Source: the human T2T-CHM13v2.0 reference genome, Homo sapiens
Reading direction: 5' to 3' (one strand)
DNA length: 64,000 nucleotides
Assembly (NCBI RefSeq): GCF_009914755.1
Contig: NC_060938.1
Of this stretch, positions 12,633 to 25,439 are shown piece after piece. The position numbers were made by a program, and so were the translations under genes. Below the pieces are notes generated by a model. It was not told the origin of the DNA and made no database searches. It saw nothing but the letters and a program-made list of their open reading frames with translations. The first letter of the stretch is position 1. The number at the start of each line of letters is the position of its first letter.

Positions 12633-13714
12633 ACCAAATGCAGCTTATGTGTATGCAGATATTCATAATGGAATGGAACAATGTTGAGATTTTATCAGAT
12701 ACCAGGGAGCAAACAAAAGAAGCTAGAGAGGAAGCTCACTAAAGAAATATGGTCTTGACAGGAAAGGTAGACTTAGGAATTGGTGAGAATTGTTGATTAC
12801 CAATATAGTAGTGACTGATCTTCACCCAACACAGCTCACCCACTCTGTCCTTTGGGAAATATAACAAATCGGGCACAAACCTGCCGCCATCTTTTGTGGC
12901 CTCCTTCTGTGAGATGTCTCACAGATTGAGGACTAGGTAACTCTTACACTATAAAGTTTTTCCAGAACTGTGAGTAGTGAGAGGCAATGGCAATGAAACA
13001 CCCCTGTGCATATTAAGATATAATGCTTGTCATGGCTAATCAATGAGGTTTCTATTCTCCAGATGTGTGTCTGTATTGGGATCATCTGGTGATCATTGAC
13101 GTCTTTAAAGTACATCAGTGCCAGTTCATAGGTGTATATAAATATGCTTGGAAATTCTCCAAAATATGGAGGACATGAATCAAGCAAAAAAACTAGATTA
13201 CTATTAGTCGGAATAAGTACTTGGAGCATCATATTTGGAACATTTGTATAGTTAATTCATTTGTACTTATAAGTCACTTAACGTTTGTGATATACTTGCT
13301 ATGTAATATAGTGTTAACAAAATTTGTATTAGCTGATCATGTTGCTGTAGAAATATTTTCCACCAAGTTAAGAAGCTCACAGAAGACTAAAATTGCAGAA
13401 TAGAATACATATTCTTTGCTCTTGGAATCAGCGTGTATTGGATAGAATGCAGTAATGAATTAAACTATGGATTAAACTTAAACTATGAGTTAAATATGAT
13501 TATGTTTTCTATAATAATTTATTTTAATATACAATATTATTTATAGTATTTCCACTCTTGATAGCTTTTTATTACATTTTTACCATAATTATAAACATGA
13601 GTATATCTAATCTATATAACTAAAGCAGTGAGTTGAATGAAGATGTTTTCTTTGGCACATCACAAATGTTCATGAAGGAGCTTCTATCTAATACAGGCTG
13701 ATTCCAAGGGCAAT

Positions 13715-14020
13715 GAGAAAGTTAGGAATTATAAGAAAGTATCTATGGTGAGGCCGTAATATAGATACCACACTACTTTTCCATGAGTAAACATGGATTC
13801 AGGGAGTTTAAGAAGCATTTATTTGTATCCATGTGGTTATATGAATGTAACGGGACATTTAGTTAGGTCCTATTTGTGACAAAAACAGTTTAGTGTTCAA
13901 GTTAAGTCCCATTGCTCCCTGAGCATATCCACTTGAATACTACTGTTTGTTGAAATTGGATGGCATCCCTTTTACCACATTTTTGTTTGCATTCATTAAT
14001 GGATGAGCTTTTAAACTCTG
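13715..14020 (+). repeat. ~310-bp dispersed direct repeat, copy 2
   Basis: Colinear with 12316-12632 but lacks the ~11-bp TGGACTTGAAT micro-duplication present in copy 1. Confidence 0.92.
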
Positions 14021-15721
14021 GCTCAGTATGCAACCCAGCTTGATGCACCCAATATCTTCTTGTCCTTGGTATTTACTATACTTCTTACCTTCTGTACTTC
14101 TTACCTTCTATGAGTTTCTTAATTGAAAATACTTGGTATAATAATTTATTTTAATATTTGTATACAAACCTTTAGAGCTATATTTACGATGGGTTTAGGC
14201 AGTTGGGGTAGTAAATGCAGCAATATTCTAGCAAAATTCATCCAGTATCTTCTTGTCCTTGATATGTAATGGTATGTTTCTGTTAATTTCTCTGTGAAGT
14301 TCTAACACATTTCACAGTGCTGGTAGAAAAATAATTTTCTAGGTAATCATCTAATTTTTACATAAAATATATTACAAAATGCCATATATTTGTCTTTAAA
14401 AGTTTGAAATAAATTAACAGTTTTACTTTGTTTAAGGATTAACTTAAATCATTTATAAGATGCTTGTTTTTAGTAAAAGGGCAAGATAAGCAGTATTCAT
14501 AGCAGAAAACATTATGTTGATACAGGTATTACTTTCAAAATTTCAATTCATGTCATAGGCAGTTCAGTTGCCTATAGAAAATATTTTCTCAATCTTAAGT
14601 TATATTTTAATTGAATTTTTCTTAGTATATACTTTAATATTTGAAGTTAAATTTTAGTTAAATTGGCACACATTTTTGATTGATTATAATTTAAAATGTG
14701 TAATGCTAGGGTTATATCTATCGGTTGCATTAAATTCTCTGTTAAAAAAATGGACAAATGTCACACAACAAAATGCAACAAAAAACCAAGAAGAAACAAA
14801 ACAAGCAAAAACAGACTAAACATGTTTTGAATTAGGAGAGTAGGTGCTATTGGCTGCTGATGAAACTTTGTATCTGATTTTACCACTTGTTTACCTACCT
14901 CATTTCATAGAGTTGCTATACAAGTAAATGATTTACGAAGAGGTTCATCATGTTATTTTTGGACTATTTGGGGCCTAGTAGCTTAAATTCATACTGAAGA
15001 CATTAGGAAACAGGTTCTTCAAAAGAAACATACTGTCAACATTAAACAAGTGTATAATACCGTAAAAGACTGTCAGCAATTTGGAGCAAATGCTTTATAA
15101 AGATCCAAAGTACATTATTAATAATTTGTATGTGCCACGGTGCCTTTCTCTGAGGATCTCTTGAAGAACTTTGTTAAACTTTACAAATATATTCGTTTTC
15201 ATAGACAGTGGAAGCTGTATTCTAATCCATTAGCATGTCACATTCAATTAATGTGCAGCTAGATTTGCACATCAAGAAACAGGACAAATAACTCTCTACA
15301 GAGTGATAATTTAACAGCAGTGTCATGACACTTCTCAGTAGAAAGAGAGATTCAGCGTTATCTTATAATGCCACCTCCAGATTCATTGTGCTTATACTTG
15401 CCTCAACTTTCTCATTCTAATTTGGGCAAATTTAGGCCACTGTCAGGGCTTCATAATTTCCAGGGACTGGATATCAGAGCAATATCCTTGGAGCTGGAAT
15501 TTTCAGAGATTATTTTATTGTTTCCTCCTTTTTTCTTTCTCTAACAAACTCTCATTGTTTGCAGATCTGAATTTTAGGCCACTCTTAGAAACTGCCCTCC
15601 TAGTTTGAATCTCAATTACTTTCTTTCATTTTGCCCCTGGGTTAGGCATCCATAAGCCCCGTCCCAGTGTTGACTTTGTTATTGGGGGAGTGAGTGGGAG
15701 GGGGAGAGAGGCAGAACAGTG

Positions 15722-15840
15722 TAATGGGGTTGAAATAGTACCTACCCTATAGGATAGTTGTGGAAATTAATTGAGTAAAGCACTTAGAAGATCCTCGACA
15801 TATTGTAGCACTAGAAAATACCAACTTTTATTGTTGTTAA
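15722..15840 (+). mobile_element. MIR fragment
   Basis: MIR core/3' motif ATGGGG..AATAGTACCTACC.TATAGGATAGTTGTGG..ATTAA...GTAAAGCACTTAGAA. Confidence 0.75.
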
Positions 15841-15899
15841 TGTGGTCTGCATTACAGGCTTATTCACTTGTAATTCTGTATTGAGGACTTTACGTTTAT

Positions 15900-18100
15900 T
15901 ATTTCCAGTGTCTTTAAGATTATTTTCATATGATATTTATTCATTATTTGTCTTCAGCAAACTTTATAATTCTTACCTTTCCTTAATTGTCTAATCTTAT
16001 AATATTCTTGCCAGGGTTTCATATCAGAATTCTGTTAGTATCATAAAATGAGTTGGGAATGTTCCCAATTTTCTCTTTTCTGAAAAAATTTATGTAGGAT
16101 GGGCATTACCACTTTCTTGCATGTTTAGAAGAATTCACTGTTGAGGCCATCTACTCATAAATTTTATTTATGGGAACAATTTCTATTTCCGGTTTCTATT
16201 TCTGTCATTGTTGTAGTGCTTTTAATATTTTCTATTTCTTCTTGTCTACATTTGGTTAACATTTTTTTACTAGTTACTTTTTATTTCATCCAATTTTTGA
16301 AATTTGTAAGCCTAAAGTTATTCATAACATCCTCTTATTAGCTTTTGAATTCCCTTTTATATCCTGCTATTGGATATTTGTGACTTTTGTTATGTACTCT
16401 TACTCTCATAAGGGCTTATCAATGTTTTTGTCTTTTCAAAGAATAATTTGTTCTATTGTTTCTCCATCTTATGCTTGTTTCTAATTTATTTTGCTATAAT
16501 ATTTAATATTATCATCTTTCTAATTTTTAAAAAATTTGCTCTTAAATTTTGGGCTCTTTTGAGGTCAATGCTAGTTCATTGGATTTCAACCTTTCTTATT
16601 TCTATTTTGTAAATTTAAATCTATAAAACACTTTACGTAGAAGCGTCTTAGCTAATTTCAAAGTGATTGGTGGTTTCTAGATGTTGTGATTGTTACTTTT
16701 AGCTAAATTCCAGTATGATTAGTTTGCATTGTCTGTAAAATTTAAATCAGTTGAAATTAGCTTATATTTGCTATATGACCCCAATTTGGTTAATATTTAT
16801 AAATGCCTCATATGCCTTTGGAAAAAATGGTATATTTTGCCACTGGATGAAATATTCTATATAGGTGAATGAAAATGTATTTTTTAGGGTATTATTCACA
16901 TTTTCTACATTCTTACTGATTTTTGATCTGCCTGTTATAATGTTTACTGAAAGAGGCACACTACACTCTTCCCCTGTTATTGTAAATTTGTCTATTTCTC
17001 CTTGTGGCTCTGTACATTTTTGTAATGTATAATTTGAGGATTTACTTTTAGAGGCATCAATTTTAATATTGTTATATCTTCTGTATAGATTGACTTTTTG
17101 TCATTGTAAAATGTCATCTTTACCTCTAATAATGCTTCTTGCATTTCTATCTAGTTTATATGATATAATAGCTACACCAACTTTTTTGGATTATTGTTTT
17201 CAAAGTATATTTCTCTCCATTTGCTTTCATCTAACTCTTCTGGCTTCTCAATTTTTTTTTTTTTTTTTTAGTGAAACACATATTTAATCCACTTATATAT
17301 TGATATCTCAATATATTTAGTCCACTTGTATTTAATGCAATTAATGTTGCATTTTGTTTTAAATTTGTAATTTTATTTAAATTTGTAATTTTATTATTGT
17401 TTTCTATTTTCTCACTGTTTTCCATCTTTATTATCTTTTTTGTTTCCTTTTGGATTTTTTTTAATATTTCAATTTTCAAGTTTAGTTTAGAACTTGTAAA
17501 TGCTTATTACATCTTCTTTTTGTGATTACTGTATATATTATAATATGCATTCTTAACTTACAAAGTCTACATTAATTATTTGTCTTGATATCTTACCAGG
17601 TAATGAAGGACTTTAACACTCTTTACCTCATTAATCCTTTCACACATATGAACCATTCATGCATTAAAAGTTTAATTCTATGCCTATTTTAAATCTGACA
17701 TGATATAATGACAACTGTTGTTAATAAAGTTAATGTATATTTATATTTTAAAAGTGATATTTACCCTTTTCTTAATTATTTTATATTTGGGTTCATTTTC
17801 TTTCCACTTGAAAAGCACCCTTTAGTATTCCCTTAATTTAGACTCTATCGTGACAATTATTTCATTATTTTCTTAAATAAAAAAGATCTGTTGCACCATC
17901 ATTCCTTGAATATGTTTTCTCTAAGTAGTTTATTTTAGTATGACAACTATACTTCTTTGAAAAATAACATTTCACTGTGTTCTTATTAAATTGTTTTTGT
18001 GGAGAAATCTGCTGTCAATTTAATTGTTGCTCTTTTGAAGGTAATCTGCACATTTTCTCTGGCTGCTTTCAAAGTTTTTCTTTTTAGCAGTTTTACCTTG
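15900..18100 (-). mobile_element. Old L1 (L1ME/L1M-type) ORF1-ORF2 remnant
   Basis: T-rich antisense L1 motifs CATAAAATGAGTTGGGAATGTTCCC (~16041) and GAGAAATCTGCTGTCAATTTAATTG...TCTCTGGCTGCTTTCAA (~18002). Confidence 0.75.
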
Positions 18101-18734
18101 TTTAATGAGTGTTTCAAAAGCACTGATACCCTTTTAGTGATTCAGTTACCTTGTCTGGGACTGGCAGACACTGCTAGAGAACCAAATTTCAGGCTCCCCT
18201 CTATAAATTTCCCTCCCTAAGATTTTGCTCTTTTAATTAATAAAATACCTTAATTAATAAAATTCCTTTTAATTAATAAAAAGATCTCTGTTGTTATCTC
18301 TAACATGATTTCATGTAGTGGTTTTTGTATTACCACATATACTTTTAAAGAGAGTTCTCAGTAGGAGGATTGTTTAAAATTATTTACCTGTCAAAACTTG
18401 AGGTAGAAGTCTTTGGATAAATTTTAAATAAATAATATTGAACAAAAGAAGATAGAAAAATTAGAATGCATGCCTTATTCCATTTATAAAAATTTTTGAA
18501 AAGCAATAAGTATTTATGTTATAAAAGTATAAATAAAAGCTAGGAACTCATATGATTTTTGAATAATGTCTGAATGACAATAACTTCTGAGATGAAAGAA
18601 ATATTAAATTTAATATATGAGAGAATTATTGTGCATTGGTAAGTTTTATGCCTTGAAATGAGGTGGAATCCACCTTTATTTGTTAAAAAAGAAGTTAACC
18701 AAATAAATAACTGTACAGTTAAGACTTTGAATAC

Positions 18735-20505
18735 AGATAAGAGAAATTGAAAAGGACTAAAAAATGAAAAGATATCCCATATTCATAAATGAGAAGAATT
18801 AATATGGTTCAAATGCCCATACTATTCAAAGCAATCTACAGATTCAAGGCAATACCTATTAAAATATCAATGATATTCTTCACAAAAATAGAAAAAAAAA
18901 AAACTAATTTTTGCGTGGAAACACAAGAGACTCTACATAGCCAAAGCAATGCTGAGCAGAAAGAACAAAGCTGGAGGCATCACATTACCTGACTTCAAAA
19001 TATACTACAAAGCTATAATAATTAAAACAGCATGGTACTGGTATGAAAGCAGATCATTAGAACAGAATAAATAAACTATAAACAGATCTAAATATTTAAA
19101 ACCAATTAAGTTTTGACAAAGGCAGTAATAATATTTGGGGAAAAAATAGTCTCTTCAATAAATGGTACAGGGAAAACTGGATAACTATATACCATAAATG
19201 AAACTAGACCCCCTATCTCCATAAAAATTAAATGAAAATGGATTAAATATTTAAATCTAAGATCTGAAACTATAAAACCACTAGAAGAAAACTTTGGAGG
19301 AAACACTCTAGGACATTGATCTGAGCAAACATTTTCTGGATGAGAGCTCAAAAGCACAGGCAACAAAAGGAAGCATAGACAGATTGGATCATGTCAAACT
19401 TAAAAGTTTTAGCACAGCAAAGGAAATCATAAACAGAGTGAAGAGACACCCTGCAGAGTGAAAGAAAATATTTACAAATTAATCAACTGACAAGAGATAA
19501 ATAACCAGAATATATAAGGACCTCAGATGACTCAACAGCAAGAAATAATCTGAGTAAAAAAATGAACAAATGATCTAAATAGACATTTCACAAAAGAAGA
19601 CATACAGATGGCCAACAGGTCTATGAAAAAATGCTCAACATCACTAATCCTCAGGGAAATGCAATTGAAAACCACGATGAGATATAATCTCACCCAAATT
19701 AAAATGGCTATTTCAAAAAAGACAAAAAATATCAAATGTTGATGAGGATATGGAGAAAGGGGAACGCTCCAACAGTGTTGATGAAAATATAAATTAGTGC
19801 AGACACTATGGAGAAGAGTATGGAGTTTCCTCAAAAAACTAAAAGCAAAATTACCATATGATCCAGCAATCCCACTGCTGGGTATATGTCCAAAAGAAAG
19901 AAAATCAATGTATCTAAGTGGCATCTGCACTCCCTTGTTTATTGCAGTATATTTGCTATAGTCAAGATATAAACTCAACCTAAATTAACTCAGTGGATGA
20001 ATGGATAAATAAAACATTTGTATAAATACACAATGGAAGAATATTCAGCCACAAACAAGAGTAAAATTCTGTCATTTGCAGCAACATGGATGGATCGGGG
20101 GACATTATATAAAGAGAAATAGCACATGTTCTCACATGTGGAATCTAAAAAAGTCAGTCTCATAAAGGTAGATAGTAGAATGATGCTTACCAGCAGCTGG
20201 AAAAGGAATGAAGGAGGAGGGGGATAGAGAAAGATAGACAACAAATACAAAAATACAGTTAGATAGAAGGAACAAATTCTATTGTTTAGTAGCACAATAG
20301 GGCAACTATAGTTTACAAGAATTTATTGTATATTTCAAAATTACTGGAAGAGAAGATTTGGAATTTTACCAACACAAAGAAATAATAAATATTTAAGGTG
20401 ATGGATATTTTAATTACCTTGATTTGATCATTACACATTTTATACATGTATCAAAGTATCACATATATAGCATAAATATGTACACATATGTATCAATTTT
20501 TAAAA
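18735..20505 (+). mobile_element. 5'-truncated L1MA (L1MA5-8-like)
   Basis: ORF2 remnant ([16 protein letters not shown]) followed by an L1MA-type 3'UTR ending ...TGATTTGATCATTACACATT...ATGTATCAATTTTTAAAA. Confidence 0.88.
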
Positions 20506-20933
20506 TTTGTTATAAGTTATGACAAATGGACTATCTCGTATATCTTTATATTTAGCAATGAAGATAGAGCATTACAGGAAAATCACATATATAATTTTAT
20601 GTTATAGTTATATATTTTAATTGTATGTTATACCATATAATTACATGCAATTACAATTTAAAAGATAACATAAGTATACATATAATTTGTCCTTATTTCA
20701 AATTTTATTTTTAAAAATTTTAGCGTTTCAAATATCTATGTCTAACTTTATTATATTTTAATATATTTATATGCTGAATAACTCATTCTCTAAACTTAAA
20801 TATTCTTATATATTAAAAAATTATGTACATAGTGTATAACTGTAAACATTTATTAGTCTTCTTAAAAATACATTTTTTTAATCTTCTATGTGCTGTTCAG
20901 AGAAGAGATTATATACAGGTATGTATATTGCTA

Positions 20934-20986
20934 TTTTTTTTATTATACTTTAAGTTTTAGGATACATGTGCACAGCGTGTAGGTTT
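20934..20986 (-). mobile_element. ~50-bp L1PA 3'-terminal fragment
   Basis: TTTTTTTATTATACTTTAAGTTTTAGGATACATGTGCACAGCGTGTAGGTTT matches the L1PA ends seen near 44150 and 53295. Confidence 0.85.
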
Positions 20987-23354
20987 ATTTTTATGAGATG
21001 CATGTATGACTATTCATTTGAAATATGAATAGCTCCTACATTAAAAAGTACACAGTCCCAGTAGAAAAATGTTTACTCAGTGAGTAGAAAAATGTTTATC
21101 TACTCAGTTTTTAAAATGTAATCTATTTGGTTTTAGCAAGTCTTGTAATTTTTGGCTTTAAGAAAATAAGAGAAACAGTTGAAGTATATATTTAGTTTAA
21201 GAAAAACTTGGTTAGAGTTTTGTTGAGAGTTGGGGAAATAACCTAAAGCAAACTGTTGACAAAGAAACATTTCTAATTATGATTATGACTAGTCATATTA
21301 AACCAGATAGTTTTCACAAACATGAGCCTTCAATATCTTATAGAACCAGTTGATTCTTATTTAACACATACAAATTAATTCTATAAATCAATTTGGATTT
21401 CAGAAAATTATTTATACTCTGTTTTTCTGCAACTTTACTAAATCCAAGATTTGTGGCTACCAAATAACTATGCAGTTTTATACATATGCAAGAGTCTTTT
21501 CACGAATATATTCCATTGCTATAAAATACAGTTATATTTTTGTATAGATAAATATTAAAAGATTTTATCTTTTAAGACTTATGTTGGAGTCAATTGAAAT
21601 ATTTAAGGCACTATTATAAAACAAATGTACAGAAAAGATATTTTGGAAGAAAACAATTAGAATAAAAGTTACTGCTGATTTAGAAGAAGCAAACAATATG
21701 ATAAAGTCTACTAGAAGAAACTTTGATATCAAGTTTGAAAAATTGGTCTTGAGGACTTTAAAAGAGACTCTTACAAACAAATCTTTCCTTGGTAAGGGCT
21801 ATCTTTTCTTGGAGCACAAGCAAGAGCATATAATCTTAAATCCTGGAATGATCCTGACCAGACTCCTATCTGGGCAAACCCCATTTGGCCAGTCAGAGGC
21901 TTAGATGTACATTTTCAACTGTTAGATTTAATACAAACAGTTCAGTTCTTTTAGAGAAATGGAAGTACTTTGGGTAATGTTTGAAGAAGGTAGGCCTGAA
22001 GACAAAGCAGAAGATTATGGGCCACTGGCTGCAGGCTTTCTTGATAAACTAAGCAAAGAGATCAGGAGGGTGGAAAAAAGCAGCCTCAATTTGCTTACAG
22101 GATGTGTTTGGGAATAACCATAGGCTTTTTGGTACATTTCTCTAAGGTCGCTCAAAAACAGCCAATCTCAAACATATATTGAGCAGATCTTTCTCTATGA
22201 AAAATTTGATAAACAGATACGGAAATGAAAGTAAAGCTATTTGCATTCTGTTGGTATATAATAAACCACAGACTAATAAAGTATTTTAAGACGCTATATT
22301 AGAAAGCAAGTTTGAACATAGGGACTTGATGTATGATTATGTAACAGCTGCTGTGAATATTAATAATACTAGTTAATGATTTTTATTCTCCCATGGCACG
22401 TTTGGAAATTGTTTTAAATTAATTTTTAAAATGACTTTTCCCGATTGCCTTTTAGCAGTTTTTGCACAGCATTAAGTCAGTTTACCCCAATGGGCTAATG
22501 CCTTTATGTATGCAAATATATAACCAATCACATGAAGACCTAATTAGACAGTGCACCTCTTTGGGGGTAGTGTTTTAACAAGTAAAGCTGTGTTTCAGGG
22601 ACTTCATAATGGAGAGTTTGTTTACATTTAAAATTGTCAGCTGCAATGCCAAATTCTGGCTCTAAATATTAAGTTATTTTCAAAAGGATTTTTACTGTGC
22701 TGCTCTATTTAGTCTATAGTACTTTCAAGATGAATTAAACGTTGGTGCTTGTAGCATTTTATAATCCGAGATCATACCAAACTGAAAATGGAAAAGCTTC
22801 CAGGGAAAGTGACTTTCTTTCTGAACCAATCAGTATTTCTCAAACTGATCTGTTTCATATTTGATAGGTCTAATTTCCCATGTATACCATTTGTTCTTAA
22901 TATGCCCTTAGGATTTTGTCAGCTACATAAAAACTGGATCATAATTTAGATGGCTTTCTCTACTTTTTATTGACTGTGCATGATAAAAAAGAGTTCAGAG
23001 TAAGACTAGCTGTCTTAAAATGATAATTTTATGATTATTTTACATTATATATAGAGCATAAAAAGTAACTATTTATTTTGGAATTAGAGATATTATAGAG
23101 ATACATATTTTTAAAAACCACTGAAGGTAAAAATGTTAAGTTTGGAAGTCCTTCAATAACGGATACAAACACAAATTGATAGAAAATAAAGGCTAATTAC
23201 TATATTAAAGTATAAAAATAAACTTGTCTTTAATTTTAGGAAGTCTATTAATATTTTTTAAAAGTTTAAAATGTGTGTTTTAAAACATATATAGACTTAC
23301 TTTTAAAGACAATTTGTATAATTGTAACAGAAAGTTTAATACTGTCTATATTGT

Positions 23355-24035
23355 GAACACTTAACAAGGTTCCAGTATCATCCTAGATACTTTTCAGAAT
23401 TCTTTCTATTTAATTCTTGTAATTACCTTACATGATATATATTATGCACATTATACAAGTGAAATAACTAAGGCTAAGGATATTGGGAGACAGTTCTCCA
23501 TGGTATAATATGTAAGTATGTTTATTGTCAGCTTTTATTTCAGATTTTAAAAAAAATCATAAGGATATCTGTATAGCAAACAGCATTAGAAGATAGAAAA
23601 AGCATCATTGATTCATGCAGATGTCAGAATTTTTTCTCTGACCAGCGAAATAAAGATAATGTCTTCGTCTGTTTGCTGTATTGCTGTACTTCAGATTATT
23701 GTAGTTTCCTAAGCTTAGATTTCCTCAGATGTCACACAAACCCACTGTGTGCTCAGCATCTCCTATCTTTATATCACTGTCTTGTGATTTTGAGGGCAAA
23801 AAATTGAAATAACATAAAACTCGTGCTAACATTCATGCCATTAGTAATAGATTTCTTTGTCTCTGACCCAGTAGTTATCTGCCAGAATCCACAAAATTTG
23901 GCAGATGAACTTGTTTGCTTGCAAGTACAGTAAAATTTGAGACTTTTCACAGGTCTTCACAAAGTGAACTTAATTTATCTTCCTAAAGATAATGTAGGCA
24001 GTGACTGAGAAACCTTGCGTATCTGAGACCAGGTT
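23355..24035 (-). mobile_element. MIR split by the LTR at 23481-23961
   Basis: CACATTATACAAGTGAAATAACTAAGGCT precedes the LTR and degenerate MIR-like sequence follows it. Confidence 0.55.
23481..23961 (+). mobile_element. ERV1 solo LTR (MER67-like)
   Basis: Start TATTGGGAGACAGTTCTCCATGG, internal AAGGATATCTGTATAGCAAACAGC.TT.GAAGATAGA, and end GCTTGCAAGT..AGTAAAATT..AGAC..TTCACAGGTCTTCACA. Confidence 0.72.
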
Positions 24036-24149
24036 CATCTTCTGAAGTTGCTTTTTTGTACATGCTACCTGCCTTCATAATGGCAGCAGGCCTCAACTTG
24101 GGAAATATAACATTCAACAAATGAAATTTGCTCATTTTGAAATATAGCT

Positions 24150-24951
24150 TATTTTGCTAAGCAGAGTTTTTTCTACTTATATGGTCAAATTAATCAGTCT
24201 TCTTTCTTCATAGCTTTAGAATTTTGTGTTATAGTTAGAAAGGCTTTGTCACATTTAGGTTGCAAAGTAATTTACCTATGTTTGGTCCTTAACACTTTCA
24301 TGTTTTTATGTTCAATACTGAATCATAAAACAGTTTGGAAATTTTTCTGGGATGTGCTATGTGGTATGAATCAAACTGGTTTTATTCCAAATGCCGATGC
24401 AGTTTTCCTGAAAAAATTTACTTTGTAGTATATCTTCCCATTGATTTATGATGAAAACTTTATTAAATACTAAAGTCTCTTGTGCATTTAGATCAGTTTT
24501 AGATATACTACAACCATTGACAGAATGTTGATACCACTCTTAATTTCTGAGGCTTAAAAGTATGTTTTAATATTTTTTAGAGTTAATTAACTCATATTGC
24601 TTTTTTCTACATTACTCTTTTAGGTATTTCTTGTGTTTACTTCAAAAAGTAACATAAAGTTACTCTTTCCTATTTAAATCAATAGCTAATAGCAGGCATC
24701 CTTGTCTCTTTCCTTACTTCAGGTAGAATTCAGTATTTCACCAATGAGAGCACTGTTTGCTAGAAGTTTATCTCTTACATACTATTAGTTTGTTTCTATA
24801 CTTTGTTTTGTTGTCATGAATGAGTATTGATTTTTCAAATTATGCTTTTTATACTGCTTTATTTATTCAATGTTTCAGCAGATTGATTTTGAATGTTAAA
24901 CTAATCTTACACTACTGGAATAAACCTTACTTGGTCAGGATACATTATCCC

Positions 24952-24994
<43 letters not shown>

Positions 24995-25430
24995 TAGATA
25001 GTCAGGTAGATTTCATTTGCTAATTTTTTTATAATTTTGATCTATATTATTAGAGAAATGACAATTTTCCTTTTTTAATGTTGTGTTGAAAGTGTTATAT
25101 GTTTATTTTCTATTCTGTGGAACAGTTTATTATAATTTTTTTCTTTCATTTCTATTTATCACATCCAGAAATATACTCTTCTTTCTTTCTTTTTTTTCTC
25201 TCCAACAAACTCATATCAAATATTTGAGTAAGCACCCATTTCTGATAACTGTATGATGTGGTAAGTATGGTTACCATATGATGGCAGAAATGAGATTGCT
25301 GGATCATATGGTAATTCTATTTTTAGTTTTTTGAAGAAACTCCATACAGTTTTCCGTAATGGCTATACTAATTTGTACAATTTCACCAATAGTGTACAAA
25401 GGTCTCCTTTTCCCTACATTGCCAACACCT
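24150..25430 (-). mobile_element. Fragments of old L1 (L1M/L1ME), with an internal microsatellite
   Basis: GGCATCCTTGTCTCTTTCCT (~24695), GGAATAAACCTTACTTGGTCA (~24917) and GAGATTGCTGGATCATATGGTAATTCTATT (~25292). Confidence 0.65.
24952..25001. repeat. (GATA)n(GA)n(GATA)n compound microsatellite
   Basis: Seen directly in the sequence. Confidence 0.95.
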
Positions 25431-25439
25431 ATAAGACTA

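Noticed and set aside
12881-12900. CTCF site
   Set aside because: AGATGGCGGCA matches only half the motif, and the CCAC part is offset by 2 nt. YY1 fits better.
12933-13403. ORFs in unique sequence as coding exons
   Set aside because: They are short AT-rich frames with no recognisable homology and no convincing paired splice sites.
12316-14024. The direct repeats as LTRs of a novel retroelement
   Set aside because: TG...CA termini fit only copy 2. There is no PBS, PPT, TSD or coding remnant in the spacer.
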